In this document: piece by piece, positions 13,706-26,637 of the stretch | Numbering within the stretch: position 1 is the stretch's first letter | Layout of the letters: every line of letters begins with the position of its first letter | Source: Azolla caroliniana | Lineage: Eukaryota > Plantae > Polypodiophyta | Reading direction: 5' to 3' | NCBI GenBank assembly: GCA_043228905.1 | Contig: JBHGNT010000007.1 | Location: forward strand, 11,532,001-11,596,000 | DNA length: 64,000 nucleotides | Program-made: the position numbers and the translations under genes | Notes under the pieces: generated by a model | Told to the model about the DNA's origin: nothing | What the model saw: the letters and a program-made list of their open reading frames with translations, nothing else | Databases searched by the model: none

Positions 13706-14768
13706 CCACGAAGACACAGACAGAGATGAAAACAGAAAGCAGAAGAAGAGAAGAACGCGGAAGAAGAAAAGAAAGAAGAAAAAGAGGAGGGAAGGAAATG
13801 AAGAAAGAGAAGAGGGGTATGAAGAGAAAATTTCAGAAACATAAGGGCAGAGAAGATGAAAGTTCAAAAGGTTAAGGGCATTCGACAAAATTTTAGAAAA
13901 CGAAAGGGTATACATGAGGGAAATCATTGATGTCACCACAAAATCAATTCCTTTACCAAACTCTCTACATTCGTCTCTCTATAATATCAATTCGATGCAG
14001 AGAACCTAGGCAAAACCATCTGAGGCCTCACATCAAACGCGAAGTTCTAGACGGAAGATGGGCAACAAGTGGGCAGCCATAGTAAAGCTCATCCCGAGCG
14101 GATAGCCACACGGCCAAGACGTGCGGCCGAGAGGTGCAATCGAGAGAGCGGTCGAGAATACGGCCAACACGAGCAGTCGAGAAGACGGTTGAGACGCAGG
14201 GCCAAGAAGACGACCGTGATGCGCGGTCGAGAGTATGGCCGAGACGCACACCTGAGAGTACGACCAAGATGCGCGCCTGAGAGTACGGCCTAAATGCGCG
14301 ACTGAGAGAAGGGCTGAGTGCCGACCGCGAAGACAGCCAAAGAAAAGACGAAGTAGTCTATGAAGAAGAAAAGAAATAAGAAAGAGAAGAGGGGCAGAGA
14401 GGAGAATTTCACAAGCTCAAGGGTATCTATTAAAATCTCAAAAATTTGAAGGTTAAAACGAAAATGTCTAAAACCAAGGGGTACAAATCATGAAATTTCG
14501 AAAGCACAACTCACATGATGAAAGAAAGAATACACAAACACACAACACGATTTCACGACCCATGCCATGTTGAACTAGATGATTGGTGTATGATCCAATC
14601 GCGACTTGTGTTGACCGAACAAGAAGGTTCGAGTCAAGCAAAGGTCCGATCGAAGTTATCTATCGTAGAGCAATGATCCGGTTGAGGGATTTCCGACCGT
14701 TGAGACGACCGATGGAGTTCCGGTCGAGAAGAGTTTCCATGGCGAGTGGGTTCACCGTGCAATGCACT

Positions 14769-14785
14769 GTCCCACAGGCGTGCCA
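14769..14785 (-). promoter_or_regulatory. Inverted PBS (tRNA-Arg 3'-end mimic) at the PPT position
   Basis: GTCCCACAGGCGTGCCA (reverse complement TGGCACGCCTGTGGGAC) 2 nt before the 3' LTR; no purine tract present. Confidence 0.8.
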
Positions 14786-14787
14786 TG

Positions 14788-15131
14788 TGTTACCCGTAAG
14801 AATATACGGGGAGGCATAAGGGTATGTGTAATGATGTGGTTGATGTGTATGTGTAAAGTAAATGAGTGTGTTAGGATGAGTATGTGTATGGACACATGCA
14901 CAATTATGTGCATGTGTACAAGAATGTGTAACGGTCTTATTTATAACGGTCATGTAACCGTTACATTGGATGTATTATATAAACCCCCTATGGGGTATGT
15001 AATGGGATAACCTTTTTCCCCTCTCACATTGTGTCATTTTCTATTTCTCTCTCTCTCTAGCTCTCTCACTATCGTAACCCCCTTGGGATGGGGGTGAAGC
15101 CATTCTAGGCTTCACCCCCCACCCAACAACA
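14788..15131 (+). repeat. 3' LTR of the dual-PBS element
   Basis: Direct repeat of 11353-11696. Confidence 0.92.
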
Positions 15132-15213
15132 ACATGGTGCACCATTATGCATACATGACACGAGTGGCGGAAATGCGTGAGCCGGAGAGCTACACAGAAG
15201 CGGCGAAAGACGC

Positions 15214-16851
15214 TATTCGTGATGTTTTCAACACATAGTATGAAACCACCCTCAAAAGAGAATAAAATACTGGTCCAAATAAACTAATTTTTTTAAGTCA
15301 ACAATAGTAATAAATGAAAGGATAAGAAGTTAGAAGAGGTTTTTGAAAGTAGACAAAAATAGAGAGAAAGATGGGAAAAGAAAACCTAGCCGTGGATATG
15401 AGGAGCAAGGTCGAGTAAAAAGCTCATAATTTCCTCGTCAAATGTCCAAATTAGAAAAGAAAAGATGCATAAGAAAACATGTGAAATTTGAGGCTAGAAA
15501 ACAAACATAGTGAGGAAAGAAAAGTTGACTCATATAGACAAGCTTTTTTTTAGGGGAAAAAGGCAAGCAATCCTAAACCTATAAATAAGAGCCTATTCTA
15601 GTGAAGAAGAGGGGGGAGGGAGAAGGAATGCGAAAGCTCTACTCAATTGGAAAGCAGAAGAAGAAGGATCAACAACATCGAGAGGCATCATCAACGAAGA
15701 AACTTCTTCTATACTCCACTCTCTTCTTTCCTCCACCTTACTTCCCCCCATTCCTTTATAAACAATCCTTCATATTCGCATCCAACCCATTGTAACATGA
15801 TTCTTATATTATAAAAGAATCTATTATATTGATAAAAACTAATGTTTTCTTTCATCTACTTGTCTTATGTGTAAATCTTGAGTGTGCTTATTTGTTTGTG
15901 TGTCTTGTGACAAGGGGGTGTTTCGGGCTTGCCCATGCACCTCTCCTTTCACAAAGGCATTCAAACTTACGTGTCTTGTGTGTTAGAGTAAATCTTGCTT
16001 GTGTGTTCATGCGACTTGTGGCAAGGGAGCGTTCGGGCTTGCCCATGCACCTCTCCTTTCTCAAAGTCATTCGAAATTGTGTCTCCCGTGTGTAAACCTT
16101 GCTTGTGTGTTCCTACGACTTGTGGCAAGGGAGCGTTCAGGCTTGCCCATGCACCTCTCCTTTCACAAAGCCGTTCGAAATTGTGTCTCCCGTGTGTAAA
16201 CCTTGCTTGTGTGTTCCTGCGACTTGTGGCAAGGGAGCGTTCGGGCTTGCCCATGTACCTCTCCTTTCACAAAGGCGTTTGAAATTGTGTCTCCCATGTA
16301 TAAACCTTGCTTGTGTGTTTGCATGTCTTGTAACAAGAGAGCATTCGGGCTTTGCCCATGCACCTCTCTTTTAACAAAGATGTTCGAAACTCTGTCTCTC
16401 GTTTGTGTAAGTAAAACTTTTCCTTGTGTGTTCGCGTGTCTTGTAAAAAGGGAGCATTCGGGCTTTGCCCATGCACCTCTCTTTTCACAAAGGCATTCGA
16501 AACTCTGTCTCTCATGTGTGTAAGTAAGCCTTTTCCTTGTGTGTTCGCATGTCTTGTAACAAGGGAGCATTCGGGCTTGCCAATGCACCACTCTTTTCAC
16601 AAAGGCATTTGAAACTTTGTCTCTCATGTGTGTAACTAAGCCTTTTCCTTGTGTGTCCGTGTGTAAGCCTTCCTCACGCGCATTCGTTCGCCTTGTGACT
16701 AGGGGTTGATTCGGACTTGCCTATGCCCCTCTCCTTTTCACAAACACATTCGAATACTCGTGCCTTGTTTGTGTAAGCCCTATTTCTTTCCCGTCCATAA
16801 CCCCGGCGGTTCCACCTCACGATCCGCAAATAGTGACAGATTTTCATGACA
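15214..16851 (+). mobile_element. Solo LTR related to the gypsy at 17976-25720
   Basis: Shared termini (tcgtg...ttttcacac; ccccggcggttcc...ttttcatgaca); 4-bp TSD ACGC; host reading AKDANW is restored on removal. Confidence 0.8.
15875..16790 (+). repeat. Tandem array of about 104-115-bp units inside the solo LTR
   Basis: cttgcttgtgtgtt recurs at about 15994, 16098, 16202 and 16306; about 8 diverged units. Confidence 0.9.
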
Positions 16852-18950
16852 ACGCGAATTGGCATGCCGCGATGGAGGAAGAGATGCGCGCTTTAACGGA
16901 TAATGAGAGTTGGGACCTTGTTGACACACCTAAAGGTGTAAAGCCGATCGGATGCAGATGGTTGTATACGGTAAAATACAACATCGACGGCTCCGTCAAT
17001 CGATATAAGGCCCATTTGGTTGCGAAAGGCTATGCGCAAAAGCACAACGTAGATTACGACGAGACATTCACACTGGTCACGAATATGACCACGGTGCGCG
17101 TTCTACTTGCTGTAGCAATGGTGAAGGGGTGGCACTTACATCAGATGGATGTAAAAAATGTGTTCCTGCAAGGAGATCTTGAGGAACAGGTGTAAATGGT
17201 ACAACCCCCAGGATTTCTATCCGAATAGAACACTTCGGCAGTTTGTCGATTGAAGAAGGCGTTATAAGGACTTAAACAAGCCCTGCAAGCATAGAATGCG
17301 AACATTACGCAATAGTTGCGTAGAATGGGGTTAACGACGTCCAAATCAGACTCTTCGTTGTTCATTCGGATAGGTTGACATGGACCAGTTTGTCTTTTAC
17401 TTTATGTTGATGATTTAGTCATCGTCGGTGCCGACATAGAAGAAATCAGCTGCGTAAAGTCTCAGCTTTCGGCATCGTTCGAAATGAAGGGTCTTGGCAA
17501 CCTTCGTTACTTCCTCGAGATCAAAGTTATCCACACCCCGGAAGGTGTATTGATCAGCCACAACGTCACTACACGCTGAATATGCTCTTTAAGTTCAGAA
17601 TGGCAGATTGTAAGCCCATCTCGACCCCTCTAGATAAAAACATAAAGCTTCGTAGAGATTCGGGAAAGGCATGCGACCCGACACGGTTCCTGCAGATTAT
17701 CGGAAGCCTAATCTACTTGACAATCACTCGACCGGATCTCAGTAACCCGGTCGGCTTGATCAGTCAATTTATGTCGCAACCCACGACCGAACACTTTCCG
17801 TGAGCACAAAGCATATTGCGATATGCTAGCGGCACTAAGGACATGGCATTGATATATCGGGTAGGCTTAGCCAAACAATTAGTTAGCTACACGGATGTTG
17901 ATTGTGCCGGAAATGCCCACAATCGTAGATCCATATCCGAATACGCATTCTCATTGGGAAGTGTGGCGACCGTGTTATCGTGTGGTTTTTCACACACGAT
18001 ATGAAAACTAGTAAAATAATTATTTACGATTAGCTTAATATATTCATATGGAAAGATAGATGTGTTCAAGAGCTTCATAGCGTATTTTACTACGCATAAA
18101 ACGGATAAACAAGTATCAAGTTATGTGAGTGTGAAGTTTGAACAAAAGAAAAGAAAAGACAAAACTGTGAGATATCCCACATAAATAGGACAACATTGGA
18201 ACCCAGAATATATAAGGGAAACCAAAACATATTCATTCTATTAATGAATGGAGCACAGAATGTTCAAGGTGACTTGGGCTACGATTTGGTTGCGACGCAG
18301 GTACGGATTGTGCACGAGCTAAACTTTATGGATGATTGTGTCATTTGGTCGAATTATACGGACAGTCGCATGCAACCAAAAGCCAAGGCCATGCAACTAA
18401 AAGTAAAAAGGCATGCAACTAAAAGTAAAAAGGCATGCATCTAAAAATGGAAGCATGCAACTAAAAGTAGAGGCCATCCAACTAAAAGTGGGCATGCAAA
18501 GTAACATTGGGGAGGAGGATCAACAAGGAGCTCAATATATGTCCCATTTTTTCCCTCCTAGTTTTTTTTTTCTTCCTTCTTCTCCCCTCTCGGTTTCGAG
18601 AAACAAATTATCTCACATATTGATATCAAACTCCTAGCTTTGTTGACTCGATCTTTCTTGTCAAAAATATATCTCTCGTATTCATATCGGACCACTCCTT
18701 GCATGGTTGTTGGCTCCTTTCTTTGAAAAATTAATCTCTCATTTCCATACCCAACCCATTGTAACACGATTCTGAAATTATAAAGAATCGATTTTCTTTT
18801 GTAATAAACTAATGATTTTTCTCTCCCACTTGTCTTATGCTTAAAACTTGCTTGTATTGTACGTGTTGCACTAAATCCTTCTAGTCCAGAACCCCGGCGG
18901 TTCCGTCTCACGGTCCGCACATAGTGACGGATTTTCATGACATAATAAAG

Positions 18951-18968
18951 TGGTGAACCCGACATGAA
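18951..18968 (+). promoter_or_regulatory. PBS, tRNA-Trp type
   Basis: TGGTGAACCCGACATGAA, close to the complement of the plant tRNA-Trp 3' end as recalled (TGGTGAACCCGACGTGAA); 8 nt from the LTR. Confidence 0.8.
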
Positions 18969-21900
18969 AGAGGCGGTAGGGAGGATATCAAGTGCAACAA
19001 TGGCTTCCACAAGCAGAACTCAAGGAGAGGAATTAACGAAAGGCATGGTGTCCGTAGTGGAACACATGGTGAAGGTGAGAGATCGAGAAGCTTTAATCGA
19101 CAAAGTTGTTGATCGTATTGTCGAGATAGCTGGACGATTTGGTGGCAAGAACATCACGGATTTTCTTGCTACCTATCGGAATGAGATGCAACAAAGGGAT
19201 GTCAATGATCTCAAACAAATTTCTAGCTTCAAACGTGTGGTGGAACCAGGGATCCGCGAGCGCGTCATGGAGATCCAAAATGAGCATGCAACTTGGGTGG
19301 AGTTCGAAAGGGCGCTTCTAGCTGAATACATGCTTGAAGACGCATCACGGATGACTCGACATACGCTAATGTCTTGGATCGAGAAGAAAGGGAAGAATAT
19401 GTGTGCGTCTGGAGTATATGCCGAGTTCGACCAGATGTATAACCGACTTCCAAGTGTTGATCAATGAGTTCTCGATGGAGATAAAGTCCTACTATTCCTG
19501 AAGGCAGTGGATGCGAAAGATCGGCATGAATTGGGTAACTTTTTGGAGGATGAAACACAACCAAATGTCTTGGTAGCGGACTAGGCGGCGATGAAGAAGG
19601 CTTGTAGTCGTCTTGATAAGCGTCGACAATGGCAAGAGGAAACTGATATGGAGAATACACAATCGTGGAGGAGGAAGGCACCTGTGACGATTGAGTCTAA
19701 CAAGCCGATCAACAATTTCGACAAGAAAACGATGGAGGAATCTATAATCCAAGAACTCTCCAAGAAGTTTGAAGTGGTATCGTTGGCCAACTTAAATTGA
19801 CACGGGCCCAAGGGAAAAGAAGCATATAGATGTGTGTGGTGCGACAGCTTCGAGCACTCGCAAAGGGAGTGCACTGACTTGCAAGACGCGATTCGCAAGA
19901 ATGTCATCTATTTGGACGGCAACATGATTCACTCGAGCGAGACCCGAAAGCCACTACGAGTGAACTTCGGAAGAGGCGGGCTGAAAAAGATCGTGGAAGA
20001 GGAAGATGCAAGGCATGTAGAAGCCATGCACTACACCGCATCGGCGGGAATATGAGTCAGAAGAGAGAATCTAAAGACAATCAAGCCGGGAGTTGGGTTT
20101 TGGCCAACGGTATTCAAGTGTGAAAAGAAAGGAAAAATAGATTTGGAGGATCTAAAACATGTTGATCGGAATGTGCGACGAGTTACAGGATGGTCGGGTC
20201 CAATTGACGATAACACAAGCTTTGCGGAGGTTGTCTGTGACAACTATGAAGCTCTTGTTGAAGAGAAGAGGAAAAGAACCGGTGAAGAAGATGGCACATC
20301 AAAGCGTCATAATACGAGGAATGCAAGGAAAGAAGGACAAGCCCAACCTACGCCACGAAAAGAGATAGGAGAAACAAGCATGAAGCTCGATGGATCGAGC
20401 CAACCTTCTCGGATGGAAGTCGATGAATCTGTGAAGAAAGGAAAGGAACGAGTAGCGCTGACTTACAAGCTAAGGTCGGACATAGAACAAACAACCAACT
20501 TGCGGAAGGTCCTTGAGGAGAAGGTTTTAGACAGTCATGTCGACCTTATTTTGAGAGAGCTACTTGGGATCGCTAAGGAGTTCCACGATACTATCGTAAA
20601 CTTGATTAAGCGGAAGCGGCAACAATCAGATGAAGAAGAGGTGAAAACAAGTGCCATAACCATGGCAAGATCGGAAGAGGAGGAAGAAGAAGTGATGGTG
20701 GACAGCCATTACTCTCGGCCTCATTGGGCAAGAGCGACAACGGAGACACCGATGAAGATCGGAGAGAAGGAGACCGTGGTAGCCTTGATTGACCATGGTT
20801 CGGAGATCAACCTCATGTCGACTAAATTCGACAAGAAAGGAATATGGTTGATCAACACAAACCACGGATGGAAGATACGAGCGGCAACGAAGGCCACAGA
20901 AGACTTGTACGGAGCTTGCCCCAATGTTAAAGTCACAATCAGAGATGTGGAGATGGATCAACACTTCTTCGTGCAAGACTCGGCTTCTCACTCTGTCATC
21001 CTAGGACAACCATATATCACATCGTCCCGGATGGAGACTAAGGTGTTCGATAATGGAGCGGCCTTCGCGCGAGTCAAGAGCCTTGACAATCAAAGATCTA
21101 TTCAATTCTTTACGGTGGAGGCAAATCCTCCGATTTTTAGAGCGGACTATTGAAGCGTGGGGCACAAATAGTCCGAGCAATCATAAGTCCCCACAAGGAA
21201 GCAAAATAAGTGGATCACAAGGAGAAGCAACATGTGTGACACCTAGTGGCGCATGTAAACTAACACTACTCAACAAGAAGGACAAGCGTCGGATACAAGA
21301 CTTTGAGAAGATGCTGAAAGAAGAAAGCATAATCGAAGAAGAAGAATTTGTATCTCATATTCTAGAGGAAGCCTCATTTAACGACACCATCGGCGAAATC
21401 GAGGAAGTCGTGGACTTGAGCTATCCTCACGATAAACATGTGATTTCGGTTAACTCTATCAACATGTACACTATCATCGATGAATATCATCGACGCATCT
21501 TGATGGAGGAAGCTGAAGTCAACACAAAATATAAAACGGTGGATAGGAAGATCAAGCCAGTTGCGGTTCCGCTACCTGAAGATAGCTGGCAGAAGATGAA
21601 AGAAGTTGCCAATGATCCGAGCTTAAGGGATCCAAAGGCAATAGGTCATGTCTTCACCAAAGAGATGATAGGAAAGCTACAAGTTGGAAGGGAAGATTTC
21701 CTTCTCCCCGAAGAGGAGAGAATGTTCCGAGGAATGCTTGAGAGACATGGGAAAGCCTTTGCCTTCTCTCCACAAGAGATCGGATGCGTCGACCCGAAGA
21801 TAATAGAGCCGATGGTGATTTTTACGGTGCCGCATGTACCTTGGAACCTCAAGCCGATACCAGTTCCAAGAGCTCACATTCCAAAGTTGATTGAGCTTCT

Positions 21901-24291
21901 AAAGGAAAAGGTTAGGATGGGAATACTTGAGCCGTCCAATGCTCCCTACTCCAATAGATGGTTTACGGTGCCGAAGAAGAACGGGTCCTTACGTTTTATA
22001 CAAGATCTCCAACCCATCAACAAGGTGACGATCCGAAATGCCAGAATTGGTCCAAGCGTGGATGAATTTGCCGAAGCCTTCGTGGGAAGATCGATCTATT
22101 CCATTGGTGATCTCTACTCGGGTTATGATCAGTTTCAATTGGCCGTCGATAGTAGAGATATAACGACAATGAGGACACCGATCGGGTTGGTAAGGATGTG
22201 CACCTTACCCCAAGGTGCGACAAATTTCGTAGCCCACATGGTGAATGCCATGAACAAAGTGTTGAGGGATTGTATCCCTGATATCACAATGCCCTTCTTA
22301 GACGACATTCCAATCAAAGGATGCTTGGTGGAAGAAAAAGATGAATCGAAAGATGACGATGGTTGCCGAAGATTCATCATCGATCATATAAAGGATAGCG
22401 AGAAGGTGTTGCAAAAGCTTGAGGATGCGAATCTCACGTTTTCGGGAGAGAAGTCTGCATTCGGTCAACTAGAAATATTGGTAGTAGGACACTTGTGTGA
22501 GTCTTATGGCCGGAAGCCATCTCCATCCAAGGTGAACGCTATTCAAGAGATGAAAGAAGAATGTGTGTCTCAAACAGAGGTGCGAAGATTCTTGGGAGCA
22601 TGTGCATTCTATCACATATGGATTCCACATTATGCCCATGTCGTTGAACCATTGTATGGACTATTAAAGAAAAGGAAGAAGTTTGAATGGGAAGATGAGC
22701 ATACCTACGCGATTCGAAAGCCATAGTAATATCCGGTTGTGCTACACCGGATATTACTATGTTGCGATGGATTGCCTATATCAAGTCCCTCAACCCCGAG
22801 ATTCGGCATATAAATGGAAAGCATAATGTGGTGGCCGATATGTTGTCAAGGGCGAGGTATGAGGGTGAAGAAGATTTGCACTCCGATGAAGAGGATGTTG
22901 GCCTAAACTTCTTTATGGTTTCTTATGCTCGAGTGCTAGCAGTGTTCAAAGTAGAAGATTATGAGGGTGAATTCATCAAAATTGGCAAATACTTAAGCTC
23001 TCTTACAAAAGATGAATTATGGTCAAAGGAAGACTTCTACCGAATTAGGAAGAAGGCCTACAAGTTCTTCCTCAAAGAAGGACATCTATGGAAGTTTTCG
23101 AAGAAGAAGAATGGAACTCCACTTCGAGTGGTGTGCAAGAAACAGGATCAACAAACACTAATTGCTGAATTTCATGATAGTGTGTGGGCAGGTCATCGTA
23201 GTATATGGGCAACATTTGCAAAGCTCAAGGAGAAGTATTGGTGGTCGGGTGTTTACAAAGATGTAGCAAGCTATGTTGAAACATGTGAGCAATGCCAATT
23301 ATACTCGAATATTCAACATAGGGATGAACTTCATCCGACATATCCATTATCAACGCACTATAAGTGGTTGGTAGACATAGTGGTTATGCCAATGGGATTG
23401 GGGCAAATGAAATATCTCGTGCTAGCAAGAGAGGATGTCATCAACCAAGTACAAGGACGGGCGCTAAGGAATAAAACAACTTCGGCGGTTTGTAAGTTTC
23501 TCCTTGAAGATGTTATCTATCGATACAGATGTGTCGGCAAAATAGTAGCCGATAGGGGAGAATTAGATGCGAATGAAGCTAAAGAGTTCTTTTCAAGAAT
23601 AGGCGTCAAATTATCGCTCACCATGGCATACAACCCGGACGCAAATGGGAAGGTAGAACGAGGACATAATCCGATTGTAAAAGCTCTAGCAAAGGCTTGC
23701 GACGGCAAGATGGGGAATTGGCCACGATTACTACCTTATGCATTGTGGGCTGACAGAACTACACATAGCACGACTACAGGATATATGCCAGCCGAACTCA
23801 TATTAGGGCAACAACCAATAATGCCTATCGAGCAAAGTGTTGCTTCGTGGACATCTTTGCCATGGCAAGAGGAAATGATTCGGGAAGACTTGCTAACCAT
23901 GAGGATTCAACAATTAGAACGAAGGCCCGAAGATGTGGAGTTGGCAATAGAACGGTTGCGCCAAGCTCGATTGAAGAACAAGGAATATTTTGATAGAAAG
24001 CATCGTCTTCGGCAAAGAAAAATTGAAGGAGATTGGGTTCTTGTCTATGATAGTAGTCTCGATAATCAATATAGCACTGCTCGAAAGTTCGCAAAACGAT
24101 GGTTTGGCTCGTATATGGTCAAGAAAATAGAAAGCAATGCAACCTATTTTTTAGCGAAGTTCGATGGAACTCGACTTGCTTTGCCGATAGCAGGGAAGAG
24201 GATCAAGATCTTTAAGAGAAGAGAGGCCCCAAATCTTGAGATCGAAGCTCTAGATGATGTATCCTCGAACATCGAGGTTGAAGAAGAATAA
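18964..24291 (+). pseudogene. gag-pol polyprotein of the gypsy element (stops, frameshift, RNase H deletion)
   Basis: ORFs 18964-19467, 19591-19800, 19834-20055, 20143-21153, 21053-22726 and 22759-24291. Confidence 0.9.
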
Positions 24292-26637
24292 TTAAAAAAG
24301 AGGAACCTCACCACAATTGGCACATACCGGTGGGGGTGAATGTCGTGTGGTTTTTCACACACGATATGAAAACTAGTAAAATAATTATTTATGATTAGCT
24401 TAATATATTCATATGGAAAGATAGGTGTTCAAGAGCTTCATAGCGTATTTTACTACGCATAAAATGGATAAACAAGTATCAAGTTATGTGAGTATGAAGT
24501 TTGAACAAAAGAAAAGAAAAGACAAAACTGTGAGATATCCCACATAGATAGGACAACATTGGAACCCAGAATATATCAGGGAAACCAAAACATATTCATT
24601 CTATCAATGTGTGGAGCATAAAATGTTCAAGGTGACTTGGGCTACATTGTGTGGTGTGCACGCTTCGGGCATACGCGTGTATGCACGATTGTGTTAAAGC
24701 TTTAGGCCTACGCGCGTGTGCATGGCCGCGTGGACGTTTTCAGACGTACGCCGCATGGACGTCTTCGGGTGTACGTGCGTGTGCAAGTTTTGGGCGTACG
24801 CGTTGACGTTTCGGACAGATGCGTGTGTTCGGACGCGCGCATGCTACGGTGCGATCGAGACTTTGCGCATGTGCATGGCCGCGTGGACGTTTTCAGACGT
24901 ACGCCGCATGGACGTCTTCGAGTGTACGCGCGTGTGCAGGTTTCGGGCGTAAGCGTGGATGTTTCGGACAGATGCGTGTGTTCGGACGCGCGCATGCTAC
25001 GGTGCGATCGAGACTTTTGCGCGCAGATGCGTACACGGTGCGGGTTGGACGCGCGCACGCGTGGATGCGCGGACGCGTCTACGGTTTGGTTGCGATGCAC
25101 ATACGGATTGCGCACGAGCTAAAATTTATGGATGATTGTGTCATTTGGTCGAATTATACAGACAGTCGCATGCAACCAAAAGCCAAGGCCATGCAACTAA
25201 AAGTAAAAAGGCATGCATCTAAAAATGGAAGCATGCAACTAAAAGTAGAGGCCATCCAACTAAAAGTGGGCATGCAAAGTAACATTGGGGAAGAGGATCA
25301 ACAAGGAGCTCAATATATGTCCCATTTTTTCCCTCCTAGTTTTTTTTTTCTTCTTTCTTCTCCCATCTCGGTTTCGAGAAACAAATTATCTCACATATTG
25401 ATATCAAACTCCTAGCTTTGTTGACTCGATCTTTCTTGTCAAAAATATATCTCTCGTATTCATATCGGACCACTCCTTGCATGGTTGTTGGCTCCTTTCT
25501 TTGAAAAATTAATCTCTCATTTCCATACCCAACCCATTGTAACACGATTCTGAAATTATAAAGAATCGATTTTCTTTTGTAATAAACTAATGATTTTTCT
25601 CTCCCACTTGTCTTATGCTTAAAACTTGCTTGTGTTGTACGTGTTGCACTAAATCCTTCTAGTCCAGAACCCCGGCGGTTCCATCTCACGATCCGCACAT
25701 AGTGACGGATTTTAACAATAGCGTTGAGTAGCAAGAAACAACCGACAAACAATAGCACTGTCGAGCACAGAGGCCGAATATCGCAGGGCGATTGTCATTA
25801 CGTGCGAAGTCATTTGGCTGAAACAGCTATTACAAGATCTGCATGTGGAGGTGTCTGATCCGACGATGATCTATTGCGACAACCTCAGCAATATCCACTT
25901 TGCGAAAAACCCTGTATTCCATGCCCGGACCAAGCACATTGAGGTGCACTACCATTTTGTCCACAAGCGTGTCCTTTCTAGTGAAGTCGAACTAGCGTAT
26001 GTTCTGACGGGTCGGCAGATTGCCAACATCTTCACCAAGCCCCTTGGTCTCGACAAGTTGCGGCATTTCTCAAGTGAGTTGGGTTTGCGTTGCCTCGACA
26101 CGCCAAACTTGAGGGGCAGACAAGAACATGAGTGTTAATGTGAAAGGAGCAGTAGTGACCGCAATGCCGAATTGGATGAAGAATTCAATTTCAGGCCGGC
26201 TGAAGAGGCCGAAGAAGTAAGAAAGGGTCATAATTGTAGGGAAGAGCCAAAGACAGTCGAACAAAGGGTAGATAAGGCCGAGACCAAGACGTGGTTTGAT
26301 GTTGTCAAGGTCCTAAAGACAAAAGACGAATTGGAGACAACCAATTCGGATAAAAGTGGAAATGAATCGGGAGTGACCGATTCAATCGAAATGTTCGATT
26401 CGGACATTCCGAATCGACTGAGGGCCAAGCCAAAAAAAAAAGGCGCAACGAAAGAGGCGCCAACACCGTGACCTCAAGGGAGCTGAGAAGGGCCACATGA
26501 GCAGACAAGTCGACCAAAAGGGTCGAGGTGCACAGAATCAAACGGGTTGAAGAGCGCAAGTGACACGTGAAGCCAGGAGAAGCTGGAGCGAAGATCCAAA
26601 GGAGCACGCCAAACCTCAAGTTGAGCTTGAGGGGGAG

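Larger units (their letters stand above)
11353..15131 (+). mobile_element. Non-autonomous Tat-like LTR element (LARD/TRIM-like) with PBS-like sequence at both inner LTR boundaries
   Basis: 344-bp LTRs at 11353-11696 and 14788-15131 (about 6 mismatches by eye); TSD ACATG at 11348-11352 and 15132-15136; no gag/pol. Confidence 0.9.
17976..25720 (+). mobile_element. Ty3/gypsy element, near full length, non-chromovirus type, tRNA-Trp PBS, RNase H deleted
   Basis: LTRs 17976-18942 and 24341-25720; PPT GGTGGGGGTGAA before 24341; gag, CVWCDSFEHSQREC knuckle, PR LIDHGSEINLM, RT FLDD, INT; flanks GTGT/GCGT. Confidence 0.93.

Noticed and set aside
12478-14293. Long ORFs (up to 331 aa) on both strands
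   Set aside because: Products of a GC-rich tandem array lacking stop codons; low-complexity translations
15829-16865. Cys-rich repetitive ORFs, or a CRISPR-like array
   Set aside because: Contiguous tandem units of about 104 bp within an LTR; no unique spacers and no cas genes
24708-25415. Arg/Val-rich ORFs
   Set aside because: Translations of the CpG-rich LTR repeat
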